From: Octopus vulgaris
Taxonomy: Eukaryota
NCBI GenBank assembly: GCA_951406725.2
Contig: OX597820.1
Coordinates: 120,156,001-120,220,000 of the forward strand
DNA: 64,000 nt
Direction of reading: 5' to 3'
Position numbers and translations under genes: made by a program. This document shows, piece after piece, positions 1-15,526 of this stretch. The notes below the pieces were generated by a model. It was given only the letters and a program-made list of their open reading frames with translations, was not told the origin of the DNA and did no database searches. Every line of letters begins with the position of its first letter. Position 1 is the first letter of the stretch.

Positions 1-354
1 TACCCCAGTAAAATGCTTATTTCTAAAAGTAGTGTGCAACACTTGAATATTCTCTGATATTATTTGCGGAATATCCTAGTTTTGGACTCGTTGATTGGGT
101 AGTTCCATGTGTGTTTGAGCAAAGAATTTTATTGGTTCCATCTACTCAGTCTATATGAGCAGAAATGTTGGTGCAGACTGTTCCTCCCACAGGCTTTACA
201 TTCTCGGTGACCTACTTGACCACGTGCTGATGAGTGCTCCAATTTTGGTAACTGACGTTATGTCACGTGATTTTAATTGGAACCTAGAAATAATAATCAA
301 AAAGCATCGTACATGGTGCCAGTAACATTTATTTTTGTTCCTTATTCTTGGCTG

Positions 355-388
<34 letters not shown>

Positions 389-842
389 GTAAAATTGAAG
401 GATCAAGTTGTAGGAATAAGTTTGTAAGATCCAAGCAGGTCGTAGGAGGTATATAAAAAGGAAATCTTTCGGGAACAATCATGGTCTATAGATATAGAAG
501 TTTGTAAATTTTTCCCATATTGAAATGCCATAAAATCCTTTAATCATCTCTTTACAGACTGTTACTTGTTCCTACTTTTAGGCTTATTAACAGTCTGGAA
601 GACATGGGAATTGAAAAAAGGGAAGCTAAACATGTTGTTAAAGGACATTCCTCTAACCATTGAAACCGAATATAACAGGGGATCCCTTTGCGATAATGCA
701 AACTTCATTTGATGAAGGTATGTTTGATCCGACGAGTAGCTAACGGATCACCCCTCCTCTGGGTCATGACTACTTCCGAGATTCTGACAGCTAGGAAACG
801 CATGTACCACGGAAATTATCTGCTCCATTCCTTAATATTTTG

Positions 843-1120
<278 letters not shown>

Positions 1121-1125
1121 TGTGA

Positions 1126-1172
<47 letters not shown>

Positions 1173-1613
1173 GTATATACGTATGTATATACGTATATAC
1201 GTATGTATATACGTATGTATATACGTATATATATATACGTATGTATATACGTATATATATGTATATACGTATGTATATACGTATATACGTATGTATATAC
1301 GTATGTATGTATATGCACACACATGTATGGGCATAAATATATGACGAATCAGTAATTGCATATCTGGTGACTTGCCCCCGCCAAAATGCTTATATTCTGC
1401 TTCTAACTAATACTCGAAAAAAGAAAAAAGTATTTTGGATATGTGGCAATCTTGGTCCAAATAAACAGGTATGATCAAATTTCAGAGATGACATTTGTGT
1501 TTTCACCATTTTATATATTATACAGCGTAAAATCTCGTCATAGAATCTCGTAGCTATTTCTAACAGCTGGAGTGGTCGCATAGAGTCCCCTGCCTTGGAT
1601 CAGCATTATATTC

Positions 1614-2055
1614 ATATCTTTTCGGTTTGAACGGCAGTTTTAAACATAATTGCTTGGTAACTAAAAAAATTTAAACTTCGTATACTGGTAGAATGTGTTT
1701 ATAAAACATCTTTTTCTCTTGGCTTTATTGAGAAAATTCTATAGTTTGTAAGATATGTGTTGGGTTTTTTTTCTTCAATTTCTTCAATTTCAACCAATCA
1801 CTAACGTCTATTGAGGTAAAAAAAAACATTCTTTGCCGTATGAATATGTCCCTCGTTTAAGAAACAGATTGGGTTTATTTACATTTGTGAATAAAAAAAG
1901 ATACCCTTCCACCCACCCCTATACCTAACCCTAATCCTTACTAACCCTAACCCTAAAACAGATTGAAATGCAATAGATCGATACTAGGGTCATAATTATG
2001 GGTGACAATTTCATGACACCGCTAGAAAAAACTGCCGTTCAAACCGAAAAGATCC
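1614..2055. mobile_element. Non-autonomous TIR DNA transposon (MITE), possibly Merlin-like
   Basis: TIR ATCTTTTCGGTTTGAACGGCAGTTTT ... AAAACTGCCGTTCAAACCGAAAAGATCC. Imperfect 8-bp TSD TTATATTC/TTATATCC. Internal CCCTAA repeats. Second copy at 40465-40877. Confidence 0.85.
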
Positions 2056-2659
2056 TTATATCCTATAAATGTATGTTATAAGCCATCTGACTCTTTGGCT
2101 TTCTTCGATATTGGTTTTTCGCATTCATTTGTGAATTACAAAAATGGCAAAAATTACAAAAAATTACAAAAATGGCAAAAACTTTTTATCCTGACCTGAC
2201 CTAAAAGAAAAAAAGTTGTCACAACAGAATGAATGCACCTCCCTCTCGAAAAAAAATTCTTGGTCAGTCGAAATTATATACGCATGTCTGTTGAAAATTG
2301 TTACAAGAATGTAAATTCGATCAAAAAACAATTTTGAAAGACATTTCTATTCTTCGATATAAAAAACAAAATGTACATCGCTGTTGATTTGAGTGACTTG
2401 AAAGTATGCTCTCTGCTGGATTTGTGTTCCGAACCAGAGCCAACAAATGTTATGCCACACATTACATTCTAAAAATAATGTTTAAAAGGAATAAAATAAG
2501 ATTTTTAAAAATCTAACGAAATTTAGAGTTTAGAAGGGAATATACGATTCTTTTGTACATATATTTCCAAGGAAACAATGTTATTATATAACATGCTCTT
2601 ACCCTAAATGTATATGCATCTATGTATATATAGGTTTGTATGTTTGTATATACAGCTGT

Positions 2660-3760
<1,101 letters not shown>

Positions 3761-4306
3761 TCTAGTCTCCACTTTTTTTGTCTTATATTTCTCCTATTTC
3801 TTTTATTGGTGTTGGTTTTCAATAAAAGCTTCTTACTTTGATACACGTCTTAATTACCAATTAAACCACGAGTTGTTTTTTTCTTTTTTTTTTTTCAATT
3901 ATGCATCTTGGTAATTATTACGACCGATCAGTGCATAAGAATTGAAGTAGAGGAAAGCATGCAAACGAACATTAAATCTTTGGGAAATTAAATTACACAC
4001 TCTGCCATAAATTTCATGCAAAACTAATTAAGAATTTCATAATGACATTTTAATGGAGAGTTTGAAAGCGAAAGTAAAAGAGAGAGAGAGAGAGAGGGAA
4101 GTGGAGAGAGAAAGAGGGAGTGAGAGTAAAAGAATGTGAGAGTAGGACTGGGAAAAAGAGAGTTCTTTGCAGAAAGGTGGTTATGTATACATTGTGTACT
4201 GGAGAAATAATGAGGGAAAGATCGAGAGATATCGCAAAACATCCCGTATTTATTAGTTAGGGAGAAACAGATGGTGACAAAGTGACAAAGAGCGAAAGGG
4301 GGAGAC

Positions 4307-4337
<31 letters not shown>

Positions 4338-4788
4338 AAGAGAAAGAAAGAGAGAGAGAGAGAGACTGAGTTAGCGATTTCACCGATATATACACTCTGT
4401 GTGTTTGTTTGTGTATGTGTACTAGGATGTATATGTGTATCCTTAGAAGTATGGTATGTTGTAGATAAGCAGCACACACAAACATTGTTGTATGTATCTT
4501 ACTATAATTCAGAGAAAGAGAGACAGCGAGGTGGAATGAGAGAGAGAGAAAGACGGGAAATGATGAAGAGGGCATCAGAAGGGATATGAGACCTCTTACG
4601 AAGAGAAATACAGCCAGAGAAACAGGAAAGTGTCGTTGTTCGGACGATAATCTGAAATAAATGATGCACTTGAAATCTTCCACGTTTACTATGCGTCCCA
4701 GGCTGGCAACGATAATGTATACATCGACAGGAAAAACTACCGAAACACAGGGTCTGCAGATGTCTGGCCCAATATATATTCGAATGTT

Positions 4789-5174
4789 GAGGCGCAATGG
4801 CCCAGTGGTTAGGGCAGCGGACTCGCGGTCGTAGGATCGCGGTTTCGATTCCCAGACCGGGCGTTGTGAGTGTTTATTGAGCGAAAACATCTAAAAGGCT
4901 CCACGAGGCTCCGGCAGGGGATGGTGGTGATCCCTGCTGTACTCTTTCACCACAACTTTCTCTCACTCTTACTTCCTGTTTCTGTTGTACCTGTATTTCA
5001 AAGGGCCGGCCTTGTCACTCTCTGTGTCACGCTGAATATCCCCGAGAATTACGTTAAGGGTGCACGTGTCTGTGGACTGCTCAGCCACTTACACGTTAAT
5101 TTCACGAGCAGGCTGTTCCGCTGATTCGGATCAACCGGAACCCTCATCGTCGTAACCGACGGAGTGCTTCCACA
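4789..5174 (+). mobile_element. tRNA-derived SINE, family 1
   Basis: tRNA-like head (A box TGGCCCAGTGG, B-box-like GTTTCGATTCC). Near-identical copy at 24261. Imperfect TSD TATTCGAAT/TATTCAAAT. Confidence 0.9.
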
Positions 5175-5567
5175 TTTATTCAAATAGCACACACTCCAGT
5201 GTATTTGTAGCAAATTGATGATAGGTCGGTAAATAACAGTTGTTGTATATCTTTGTCTGTTGTGTAGGTGAATCTTCCGGGACAACACGTTGTACTGTTG
5301 GAGGGATGGGGTTATATAGATACCTGACTCTCGGTGTATTTGCATACATTTGTCTATCAACACCTATAACTACCTGCTTACGTATCTCTCTCCCTCGCAC
5401 CTCTCCCCTTCACTCAATCACTCACTCACTCATTCACTCACCCACCAACCCACTCCCTCTCTCTGTATAAAAGGGGCGAAATTGTTTTGAGTTTTGAGCA
5501 GTAAATGACGAGGGAAGAGCATGTCCACGCCTTCTGTGCGTAGTTTGCATTCTTCGGTGCAATTTAG

Positions 5568-5619
<52 letters not shown>

Positions 5620-6023
5620 CATAGACTCTTCATCTTTTGTCGTCTGTTTTATCTACTCCACATTTCGAGCAATTAAGTACGATATGTCTAAAATACAGAA
5701 GGTGTCTAAATATGAACTCATAACGAAGGTTGGTCTCAATAAATAGTTTCATTTATTATCGCATATCCATCACTGTACATATTACTCGTCTCTACTTTAC
5801 CTCATCACTTCATATTCAGTTAATTTTTCCACCCCTACGCAAAAAATGAGCTATAACCTCCCCTGTCCTGAAAATTAACAATCAACAATTACCCCACACC
5901 TTATATGATTCTACTTCTTGATTCATTCACAGGATTTCGTACTAGAACGTGAACTAAAACCTTCTTAAGAAAATACGAAATCTGGTCACGAATAAATCGG
6001 GGTATATATGTAAATATATATAC

Positions 6024-6054
<31 letters not shown>

Positions 6055-6148
6055 GATTGATAGATAGATATAAATCAATATATAAAACACGATTTATTCG
6101 TTATCAGAGTTTTTCGATAACCGAGGTGCTAGTGTGCATCTATCTATA

Positions 6149-6211
<63 letters not shown>

Positions 6212-6287
6212 ATATATATATATATATATATCTTTTATATATCTATATATCAATATCTATATCTATATCTATCTATCTATCTATCTA

Positions 6288-6343
<56 letters not shown>

Positions 6344-6404
6344 ACATGTATATATATATGTATATATATATATATGATATATATATATGTATATACATAT
6401 ATAT

Positions 6405-6474
<70 letters not shown>

Positions 6475-6494
6475 GTATATGTATGTATATATAT

Positions 6495-6650
6495 ATTTCA
6501 TATTTACAGAAACGCCAAAGAAGAAGACATGTGTATGAACAATAATTCATACACTTGTTTAATAGTTTGGCGCTCGGTAAAGTGAGAAAGTCTTTTACGT
6601 TTCGAGCCTACGTTCTTTAATAATAGAAAGGTATAACAGAAAATTAAAAG
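6495..6650 (-). mobile_element. Degenerate family A hammerhead-bearing short repeat
   Basis: GTCTTTTACGTTTCGAGCCTACGTTCTT is the reverse complement of the family A stem II-GAAA-stem III segment; next to (TA)n. Confidence 0.5.
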
Positions 6651-6734
6651 AGTATAAAAAAATTTGTCGTCTTAGCGATCAAGCATGTATATATAAACAC
6701 AAAGTTACACATCTCTCTCTCTCTCTCTCTCTCT

Positions 6735-6776
<42 letters not shown>

Positions 6777-7833
6777 TACACACACGCTATGCGTACTCGC
6801 ATGCACGCATATCTTGCACCAAATAAACACACGTATACACGCATCTAGATTGTGATAGATACCTAAAAAGATAAAAATGTCTATGTGCTAACGGGATATC
6901 TACACGTGTTTTTGCGTCGTAAAATATATGTATATATAATGACGGTAGAGCAATAGAAAACATACAAAGGTGGTATATTCTCTTCTCTTTATTATTCACT
7001 TCACTAATTAGTTCACTAATTAATATTCAATAATTTAATTAAATGGCCTGTCAAAGTCCTTTCCTATCAACCTGTCACGTTAACGATAACATTCCACTCA
7101 GGTACTTATCCAGTTCTTGTGCACTTGTTATCTGCGACGTATTACTTGCGTGGTGGGTTAATATTGAGTGTGTATTTTTATCAAAAATACACAACACGCA
7201 TCATTAGTAAACCTGCTGGGTCACAACGCAGGCTAGGTGAGCTGAGCGACATTTCCCCCTGATTGGGACGCTATTTCGTCGTATATATATATTTCCCTAC
7301 ACCTCCTTCGTTCCTTTTTCTCTCTCTCCCTTTCTTTCGTTCCCCCCCTTACTCAGTATATGAGAATCGCTACATAGATCTTTTTTAACTTGCGTTCTAG
7401 ATGGTTTTGCGTGAATATATGTACACATGCTTTTATGTGTATATTTAGATTTATATTCATACGTCTGTATATGTATGGCGTTTGCACGCATAATTTTGTG
7501 TATGTTGATATATATATGTAGATTTTAATATAAATATGTATTGCAGTGTAATATTTATAACAGGTTTAATTTCTATGCATTAATTTGCACTTTCTTCATT
7601 AACGTCAATATGTATTTTATTCAATGTAAGGTTTTTTCCTCGGATTTTATAATTTTTATAAGTTTTTTTTTTATATATATATATATACATATATTTTTGA
7701 CCTTTTTGTTTATCGCTCGAAGATTGACCGTTTTTTTCTAAAGGGCCAATCAAACAAGACCATTTCTTTTTAAAGGTGTAGCGTTTGTAAGAGTATAGAT
7801 TGAATTGATATATCAGTTCCATTCTAGCAAAAA

Positions 7834-7871
7834 CTGTCTGATGAACGGCAACGAGAAACTCAGAGTAACAG
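7834..7871 (+). ncRNA. Minimal type I hammerhead ribozyme motif
   Basis: CTGT-CTGATGA-ACGGCAACGA-GAAA-CTCAGAG-T-A-ACAG: canonical core, stem I CTGT/ACAG, quasi-palindromic stem III, weak stem II. Confidence 0.6.
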
Positions 7872-7903
7872 ATTTTGTTGAATTTTCTGCTGCTTAAAAT
7901 AAA

Positions 7904-7980
<77 letters not shown>

Positions 7981-7984
7981 GATA

Positions 7985-8160
7985 GCTACTACACACATTT
8001 TTTCTCTCCTTGTTTTTTTTCTCTATGTATCTTTCTGTAGAAGAGCGTAGGCTCGAAACGTAAAATACTTTTTCTATTCCAGAGCGCTATACTAATACAT
8101 CTGTTTGTTTGTACACCACCTGCCTTCGTCTTTTGTTTATTTTCGTAAACTTTCCCTTTA
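7985..8160 (+). mobile_element. Family A hammerhead-bearing short repeat
   Basis: TTT-CTGTAGA-A-GAGC-GTAG-GCTC-GAAA-CG-T-A-AAA near 8030-8066. The body is the reverse complement of 953-1120; (TA)n flanks. Confidence 0.65.
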
Positions 8161-8291
8161 TATATATATATATATATACATATGTATATATATGTAAGTA
8201 TATGCACTTATATATATCTATATATAACTATTTATCTATCTAGCTATCTTCCTTCCTACCTACCTACCTACCTACCTACCTATATATATAC

Positions 8292-8369
8292 TTTATTTAA
8301 AGCAGCGAGAAATTCAACAAAACTCAGAATAACAGGTTTTGTTGAATTTTCTGCTGCTTTAAATAAAGC
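8292..8369. repeat. Inverted repeat / hairpin
   Basis: CTTTATTTAAAGCAGC-GAGAAATTCAACAAAAC ... GTTTTGTTGAATTTTCT-GCTGCTTTAAATAAAG. The right arm matches 7857-7903. Confidence 0.85.
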
Positions 8370-8569
8370 ATATTACTCTACAACTGGTATTCGAGTACTC
8401 TTTTTTCCACCTTGTTTCACATTTATGTGTTTACTCCGGTGTACCTATATATGTATGTGTTTACTCCGGTGTACCTATATATGTATATATATATATATAT
8501 ATACTCATATGTATATCTCTGTATGTATATATACTTATACATATCTATAAGTAACTATTTATCTATCTA

Positions 8570-9110
8570 TCTAGAGTGCTCTTTCCCATCTGCCATGTCA
8601 CCATTAGTTTTATTGTCTTCTTCCACACTGTCTATATGTCTCTCATCGAGCAAGCTACCACTGTTCCTTCCTTGTGGTTTATTAGAGATTTCACCTCTGT
8701 TTTCTGCTATGAGATTACTTGTATCAGTAAGGAATGTATTTTCATCGTTTCCTCTGCTGCCAGTTTCCAACAGCTGTCTTTTGATAGGTTCGTGCTTTGC
8801 TTCTGTGAACCAACAATTTTTATCTTATTGCTCTAAGCTTGATCACATAATCTCTGTCCCGTCAGTTTCAACAATACTCTTTCTCTCCATTGATCATACA
8901 TGGTTGTCAGTATCCCCTAATCTAATATATATGCACCATTTTTGTCTACAGGGTTGGTCAGGTGATTGCTTGTCCATTGCTGGAAAACGACATGTTGGAA
9001 CCTGACCAATATCTCTGAGCCTGTCGTGTGCAACACTGTCACCATCAAAAGCTTTTTGGTTAGTACTAGGTTCCGGCTCTTATCCGTTTGTGTAGACAAT
9101 TTGATAGATC
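8570..9110 (-). pseudogene. Decayed N-terminal part of an R4/Dong-like LINE ORF
   Basis: Minus-strand translation with stop and frameshift, MYDQWRER..TGQRLCDQA*..IKNCWFTEAKHEPIKRQ, resembles the QRLCDQAR..KNGW..E..IKR N-terminal motif of this group (recognised from memory). Confidence 0.5.
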
Positions 9111-9184
9111 ACCGCTTCATTAAATATAAACAAATAAATGAGACAAAGAACACTAATATCCACTCCTATATTCCGTGGTGTATA

Positions 9185-9432
<248 letters not shown>

Positions 9433-9435
<3 letters not shown>

Positions 9436-11212
9436 TAGTTTTATTTTTATAGCGTGCTTTCACTTCACTACTGAGCACAGCTCTGTGTGCCTTGGGTATG
9501 TGCTGTCATTTGTTGTGTTGCTCTGATGGTTATTGTATGGAAAGTGTTCTGCGTAGGATGTGTGCAGTGCCTAGTAGTGCAATTTTCTGTATGTTATATG
9601 TGTTTGTAAGTCCTGGTGTTTTTGTTATGTATTTGTCTGAATATTTTTTTATCATGCCTAATGCACCTACTATGATAGGAATTGTTTCTGTTTTCAGATT
9701 CCACATTCTAGTTACCTCTATTTCCAGGTCTTTGTATTTTGAGAGTTTCTCCATTTCTTTTAGATACACGTTGTCATCAGCCGGTATTGATACATCATTA
9801 GAAAGCATTTTTTTTCTACATGATCTCTGACAACTATATCTGGTCTGTTGGCCTTAATTTCTCTATCTGTGTGTATCGGCATATCCCAGAGTATGGTTGC
9901 TTTCTCGTTTTCTGTGACCTTTTCTGGTGTGTGCCTATACCATCTTTTTTCTGTTGTTATTCCATAATGTTGGCATAGCTTCCAATGTATGTAGGTTCCA
10001 ACTCTGTCATGTCTGTGAATATATTCCTTCTTAGCCAGGACTGGGCAGCTAGAGATAATATGATTTATTGTTTCTTGTCCATCTCCACATATTCTGCAGT
10101 TACTTGTAATATTTCTTTTCATTACATGTTTTTGGTAATTTCTGGTGGGGAGGCTTTGGTCTTGTGCTGCAATTAAAAATCCCTCTGTTTCTGCTTTGAG
10201 TCCTGAGCTTCTCAACCATTGCTGGGATTTTTCTTTGTCTATTTCTTTTGCGTTTAGTTTAGTCCAGTATTTACCATGAAGGGGCTTTTCTTGCCATCGT
10301 TTTATCATGGTTCGTTGCTGTTCTATTTTTAGTTTGGATTTCATTTGTTTTATAGCTTTTGTAGTTTCTTCATCTTCTTCTTCTTCTTCATGTTTATTAG
10401 GTGGTATGATTTCTTGTTCGTATTTGTCAGCTTCCTTAAATACTGAGAACAGTTTTTTGTTTTGCTCGTGTTTTGCCGCTATCTGGATCAGTTTTCCTTC
10501 CTTCTGAAGTAGATATTTTTGCAGTCCTATGGTGGTTATTTTATAGTAGTTTTCCAGCTGTATAAGGCCTCTACCACCTTCTATACGTTGTATATATAGT
10601 CTTTCTATGTCAGAGTTTGGGTGATGCATCCTAGATCCTGTCATTATTTTTCTTGTTTTCCTATCTATTTTGGTCAGTTCATTTCGTGTCCAGTTAAGGA
10701 TATTGTAGCTGTAACTTATAACTGGGACAGCTAAAGTGTTGATACCTATTATCTTGTTTTTAGCATTGAGCTCTGTGTTTAGTATTGATCTAACTCGTCT
10801 ATAATATTCTTTTTTTATTTTCTCTTTCATTTGTGTGTGTTGTGTCTTATCTAGTTCATGGATTCCTAAGTGTTTGTAAGTTTGGCTTTGGTCTAATTCT
10901 TTTATTTCATTGGTTTTATCTAGTGTGATGTTGTTACTCTTAACTAGTTTTCCTTTTTCAGGGTTACTTTGGCGCATTTTTCTAATCCAAATTTCATATC
11001 TATTTCTTTGGTAAATCCATGAACTGTCTTTAATAGTGTTTTCAGCTGTTTGTCATTTGCAGCGTATAGTTTTAGGTCATCCATATATAAAAGGTGGCTG
11101 ATCGTTTGGCCGTAACATTTATATCCGCATCCAGTTCTATTTAGCATATCAGATAGAGGTGACAGTGCCAAGCAGAAAAGGAGTGGAGAGAGCGTGTCTC
11201 CCTGGAATATTC
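9433..11212 (-). mobile_element. 5'-truncated R4/Dong-like non-LTR retrotransposon (RT + CCHC knuckle + restriction-like endonuclease), frameshifted
   Basis: IFQGDTLSPLLF and SHLLYMDDLKLY (RT); CRICG..ETINHIISSC (zinc knuckle); RHDRV, RPDIVV and KLSKYKDL..PIIVGALG (RLE), spread over ORFs 10944-11372, 9760-10977 and 9530-9808. (TAA)n on both sides. Confidence 0.9.
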
Positions 11213-11219
11213 TTCTTCT

Positions 11220-11355
<136 letters not shown>

Positions 11356-11552
11356 TTGTGCCTTATTAACATAGAGATTATCTCACTGTGAATAATGCAG
11401 TATTCGGCGATCTGTCTATCTATCTACATACTCACATAGTTACATAGATACATACGTAAATACATATATCCACACATGCGTACATACATACATACATACA
11501 TACATACATGCATACATAGATGCATACATACATACATACATACATACATACA

Positions 11553-11583
<31 letters not shown>

Positions 11584-12517
11584 GCGTGTCTCTCTGTGCT
11601 TCTATATTTTGCGAAATCTGATAAATAACAACAGTGCTATTTTCGAATGAAGTCTGAAGTTTAGATTTCTTTCAGACAACCCCATTTTCTAGCCCCTGCG
11701 CTCAAAGCACGGAGTGACTCGATTCGCCAGACTAAATCTGAACCTCAGTTCTTTTTTAAAATTGAATTTTGACCTTTGCGCATGCTCTTCTCATTTGTCC
11801 GTCAGCCAACAACATCCTAATTTCTATTAATAATAACTGTGAGTTTTAAATCTCGGAACACGACAACAATTTCGGAGGAAGTTATAAAGCGATTACGTCG
11901 ATCCAATGCTCAAATGGACTTATTCTATACACTCCGAAAGTGTGACAGAGCATGTCAACCTCGGTGGAATTTGAACTCGGAACCTATGATAGACGAATGG
12001 CCACTAATCATCTTTCCCCCCATGCTAATGTGTTTGCTGGATAGCCGTCTTATAGTACTATAAATATTAAAACTCTTAATACCTAATTCCGACCTTGTGT
12101 GAAGAAATGCTCTTATAAATTTTATAGTTTCCAGCTGTACTGATATATGCATGGAAGAGAAGCATAAATACACCAAAACAACAATGTTTTCTCTTGTTCT
12201 TAGCCTCGTATCTGTTTGCTTGGAATCAGTAATGATTTTCTCAGTTTGATTCAAATCTAATAATGATAATTTTGTCTAACCAAAGTCCACCATAATATGG
12301 TGAACTACATCGTCATTTCGTGCATCATATTTGTTTCAGGCGTTAAATTACTTCGTGCATCCTTTGATTTTTAAAATGGTATGGTGCAACGCAATGACGT
12401 TTTGACTTCTGCTTTTAGGAACATTAAAACCTGCGCTAATGATCCGTATTTTGTTTATTGAAATCCAACTTCAAGAAGTATTGAATTGACACCGATATCT
12501 GTGAGAGAGATGTTCAA

Positions 12518-12715
12518 GATCGATAATGTTGGAAACGTATCATGAAAGATGGGCTAACATCTCTTGAGACCTGTAGGACTGCCGAAGAAGAATACAAAAG
12601 GTGGTGCAGCGGAGATAGACAAGAACAATCAATAGGCGACCATACATCCGGAACAGCTTGGCCAACTTGGGGAAGAAACTTCCAAGTTGGGCTCATACAT
12701 TATCGTCAATAACTG
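12518..12715 (+). pseudogene. Possible decayed 3' end of an RTE-type LINE
   Basis: Translation DR*CWKRIMKDGLTSLE..EEYKRW..WPTWGRNFQVGLIHYR resembles the RTE C-terminus DRxxW..CxxCGRxF..GL. Confidence 0.35.
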
Positions 12716-12935
12716 GGGAAAAAAGAGCACCATCTTTGAACTCGGCGGTTAGCTACAACGACAATTTACAGTGGGAAACTATTTGTAGTTCTCCACAAAT
12801 GTAAGTATCGGAAGCTACCTTCTGCTACGACGAGAATATATTTAGTTGTAACAAACCAGCTTACTGATATAATTTTTATTGATCTACGTGTTATGGAGTG
12901 TGATTAGAAATTAGATATCAGATACATACATACTT

Positions 12936-13283
<348 letters not shown>

Positions 13284-13345
13284 TGATAAAAACGGTAAGA
13301 TAAAAGAAAGGAAGATACCTCGATATTATGTAAATAGAGGAATTT

Positions 13346-13749
13346 GTCTGTAAATATAATATGTGGCAATTACTCGGATGCTGATGTGGAAATCCACGCC
13401 ACCATCTCTTCAGTTATCTGGCCGTTATACAAAGAGAAATTACTATGTTATTGACCGCTATTAAGACAAAAGTGCTACTCGAATGACCGTTAATTAAGGT
13501 AAGGTGCGCTTACGCGAATACTATGAACTTTTTACCCCTTACCTTAATTAGCGGTCATTCGAATAGCTCTTTTGTCTTAATAGCGGTCAATAACACAGTA
13601 ATTTCCCTTTGTATAACAATCCTTTTTCATAGCGTTTTTTCAATGGCCAGATAACTGAAGAGATGGCGGCGTGGATATCCACCTCGGCATCTGTAACTCG
13701 GAATTTTATCTTGGCTACCGAATAATTGTCACATATTACATTTACAGAT
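13346..13749. repeat. About 400-bp imperfect fold-back containing a degenerate hammerhead
   Basis: Arms TCTGTAAATATAATATGTGGCAATTACTCGG.../...CCGAATAATTGTCACATATTACATTTACAGA, plus internal matches such as TTATTGACCGCTATTAAGACAAAAG/CTTTTGTCTTAATAGCGGTCAATAA. Confidence 0.85.
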
Positions 13750-13789
13750 ACATATATATATATATGTATGTGTGTGTGTGTGTGTGTGT

Positions 13790-13965
13790 GTTGGCGATGT
13801 TCTTTCTCTGGATCTTCCTTGGATCTTTCATTTTTCTATGTTTCTGACGAAGAGCTCGGCTCCAAACGTTAAATCCTTCTTTCGTTTCCTTTCCTGAGCG
13901 TCCAATAACGCTGTACTTGTTCCACATCCTCGCGTTGTTAGGCTTTCTCTTCGTTCATGTTTGGA
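13790..13965 (+). mobile_element. Family B hammerhead-bearing short repeat
   Basis: 13840-13874: GTTT-CTGACGA-A-GAGC-TCG-GCTC-CAAA-CG-T-T-AAAT (G12 mutated). Confidence 0.65.
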
Positions 13966-15069
13966 TATATATATATATATATATATATACCATAGAGAGA
14001 AAAAGAAGAGAGGAGAGCGAGGGAGCGGAAATCTAACCTGCAACTTCATCCAGTCAAGTGTACCTGTGCAACATACATTTATATATAATGACTTATTCCC
14101 AAATCAGATGATCATTATCTAGGAATGAATTATTATTTTTTTTTAAATCGACACCAATATATTATCATTATTTTTTTGTGATCCTCAAGTAAAATAAGAA
14201 CAGTTTTGGAATATTGTAAATGAAGGATGTAGACAGACAACAGCAAAGGTAGTAAAGCTTTTAGACAGACACGACCGTTTCTCTCAACTAGATCCAACAT
14301 TTATATATAATGGTAATTTGAATGGAAGGGAAATATCGTAAACAAAATTCGAAATATTTTCCTATTTCTCTTATTTGATTCCATGATGAAATCCTCGCTT
14401 TCCACTCCATACAAAAACAAATAAATATAAAATAGCAGAAAATAAATATAAAAATTCAATCTATTTCAAAGATTCTGAATGGACATTAAATTTCCAAACA
14501 ACCCAATAAATCAAATTAGCGTAGAGGAATTTCGATGATGATGGCAAAGCAATTTTACTCTCATGATAATTACACTATATGATACATCAAAAATTGTGTG
14601 GAAATCAACTCCTGCACACCAGCTAAACTATAAAATGTAATAGAATCATTACTCAAAGGAGAGCTTTAAAAGCAGTTGAAAATACTTAATAAACAAATCA
14701 ATTAATAAATATATAAATACGTTAATAGAAAGAGACGCATGTAACAGGTATTAATAACTTTAATGGTGACAGAGGAGGGCTAAAACGATGAAATAAATAT
14801 AATCGGAAAATATAAAAAAGAGAAAAATAAAATACGGGAAGCAAACGAAAGCAAAGCAACGGTAGTACACATAGGAATTCCTACACATATACAGGTGATG
14901 AATAAAAGCTCTCATGAATGAATCACAAGAGTTCATTGGGGCCAAAATCTTCAAAAAGGCAACGTAAACATGCATGGCATAATCACCTTCCTACATTGTA
15001 TACGCGTCTGTGGCTCTTTGGGTGTATATGTAATTATTTCTACTATAGATATGTATATAAGTATGCATA

Positions 15070-15152
<83 letters not shown>

Positions 15153-15204
15153 TAATGTATATATATATAAATGTATATATATATATAAATGTATATATAT
15201 ATAA

Positions 15205-15281
<77 letters not shown>

Positions 15282-15421
15282 AATAATGTATATATATATA
15301 TATATAATCATAATGTATATATATATAAATGTATATGTATATATATATATAAATGTATATATATATATATATAAAATGTATATATAAGTGTATATATATA
15401 TATGTCTATATATATATATAA

Positions 15422-15526
<105 letters not shown>

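Noticed and set aside
380-840. Possible retroelement or exon fragment between TA tracts
   Set aside because: No convincing motif found.
1915-1960. Telomere or chromosome fusion site
   Set aside because: Only a few CCCTAA units, internal to a MITE.
4789-4865. tRNA gene (also at 21812, 24261, 26384)
   Set aside because: The tRNA-like heads continue into repeated bodies with TSDs, so these are SINEs.
4024-4890. 288-aa minus-strand ORF
   Set aside because: Spans a SINE head and (GA)n repeats; low-complexity chance ORF.
5465-5480. TATAAAAGGGG TATA-box-like motif
   Set aside because: No downstream gene or LTR partner to support it.
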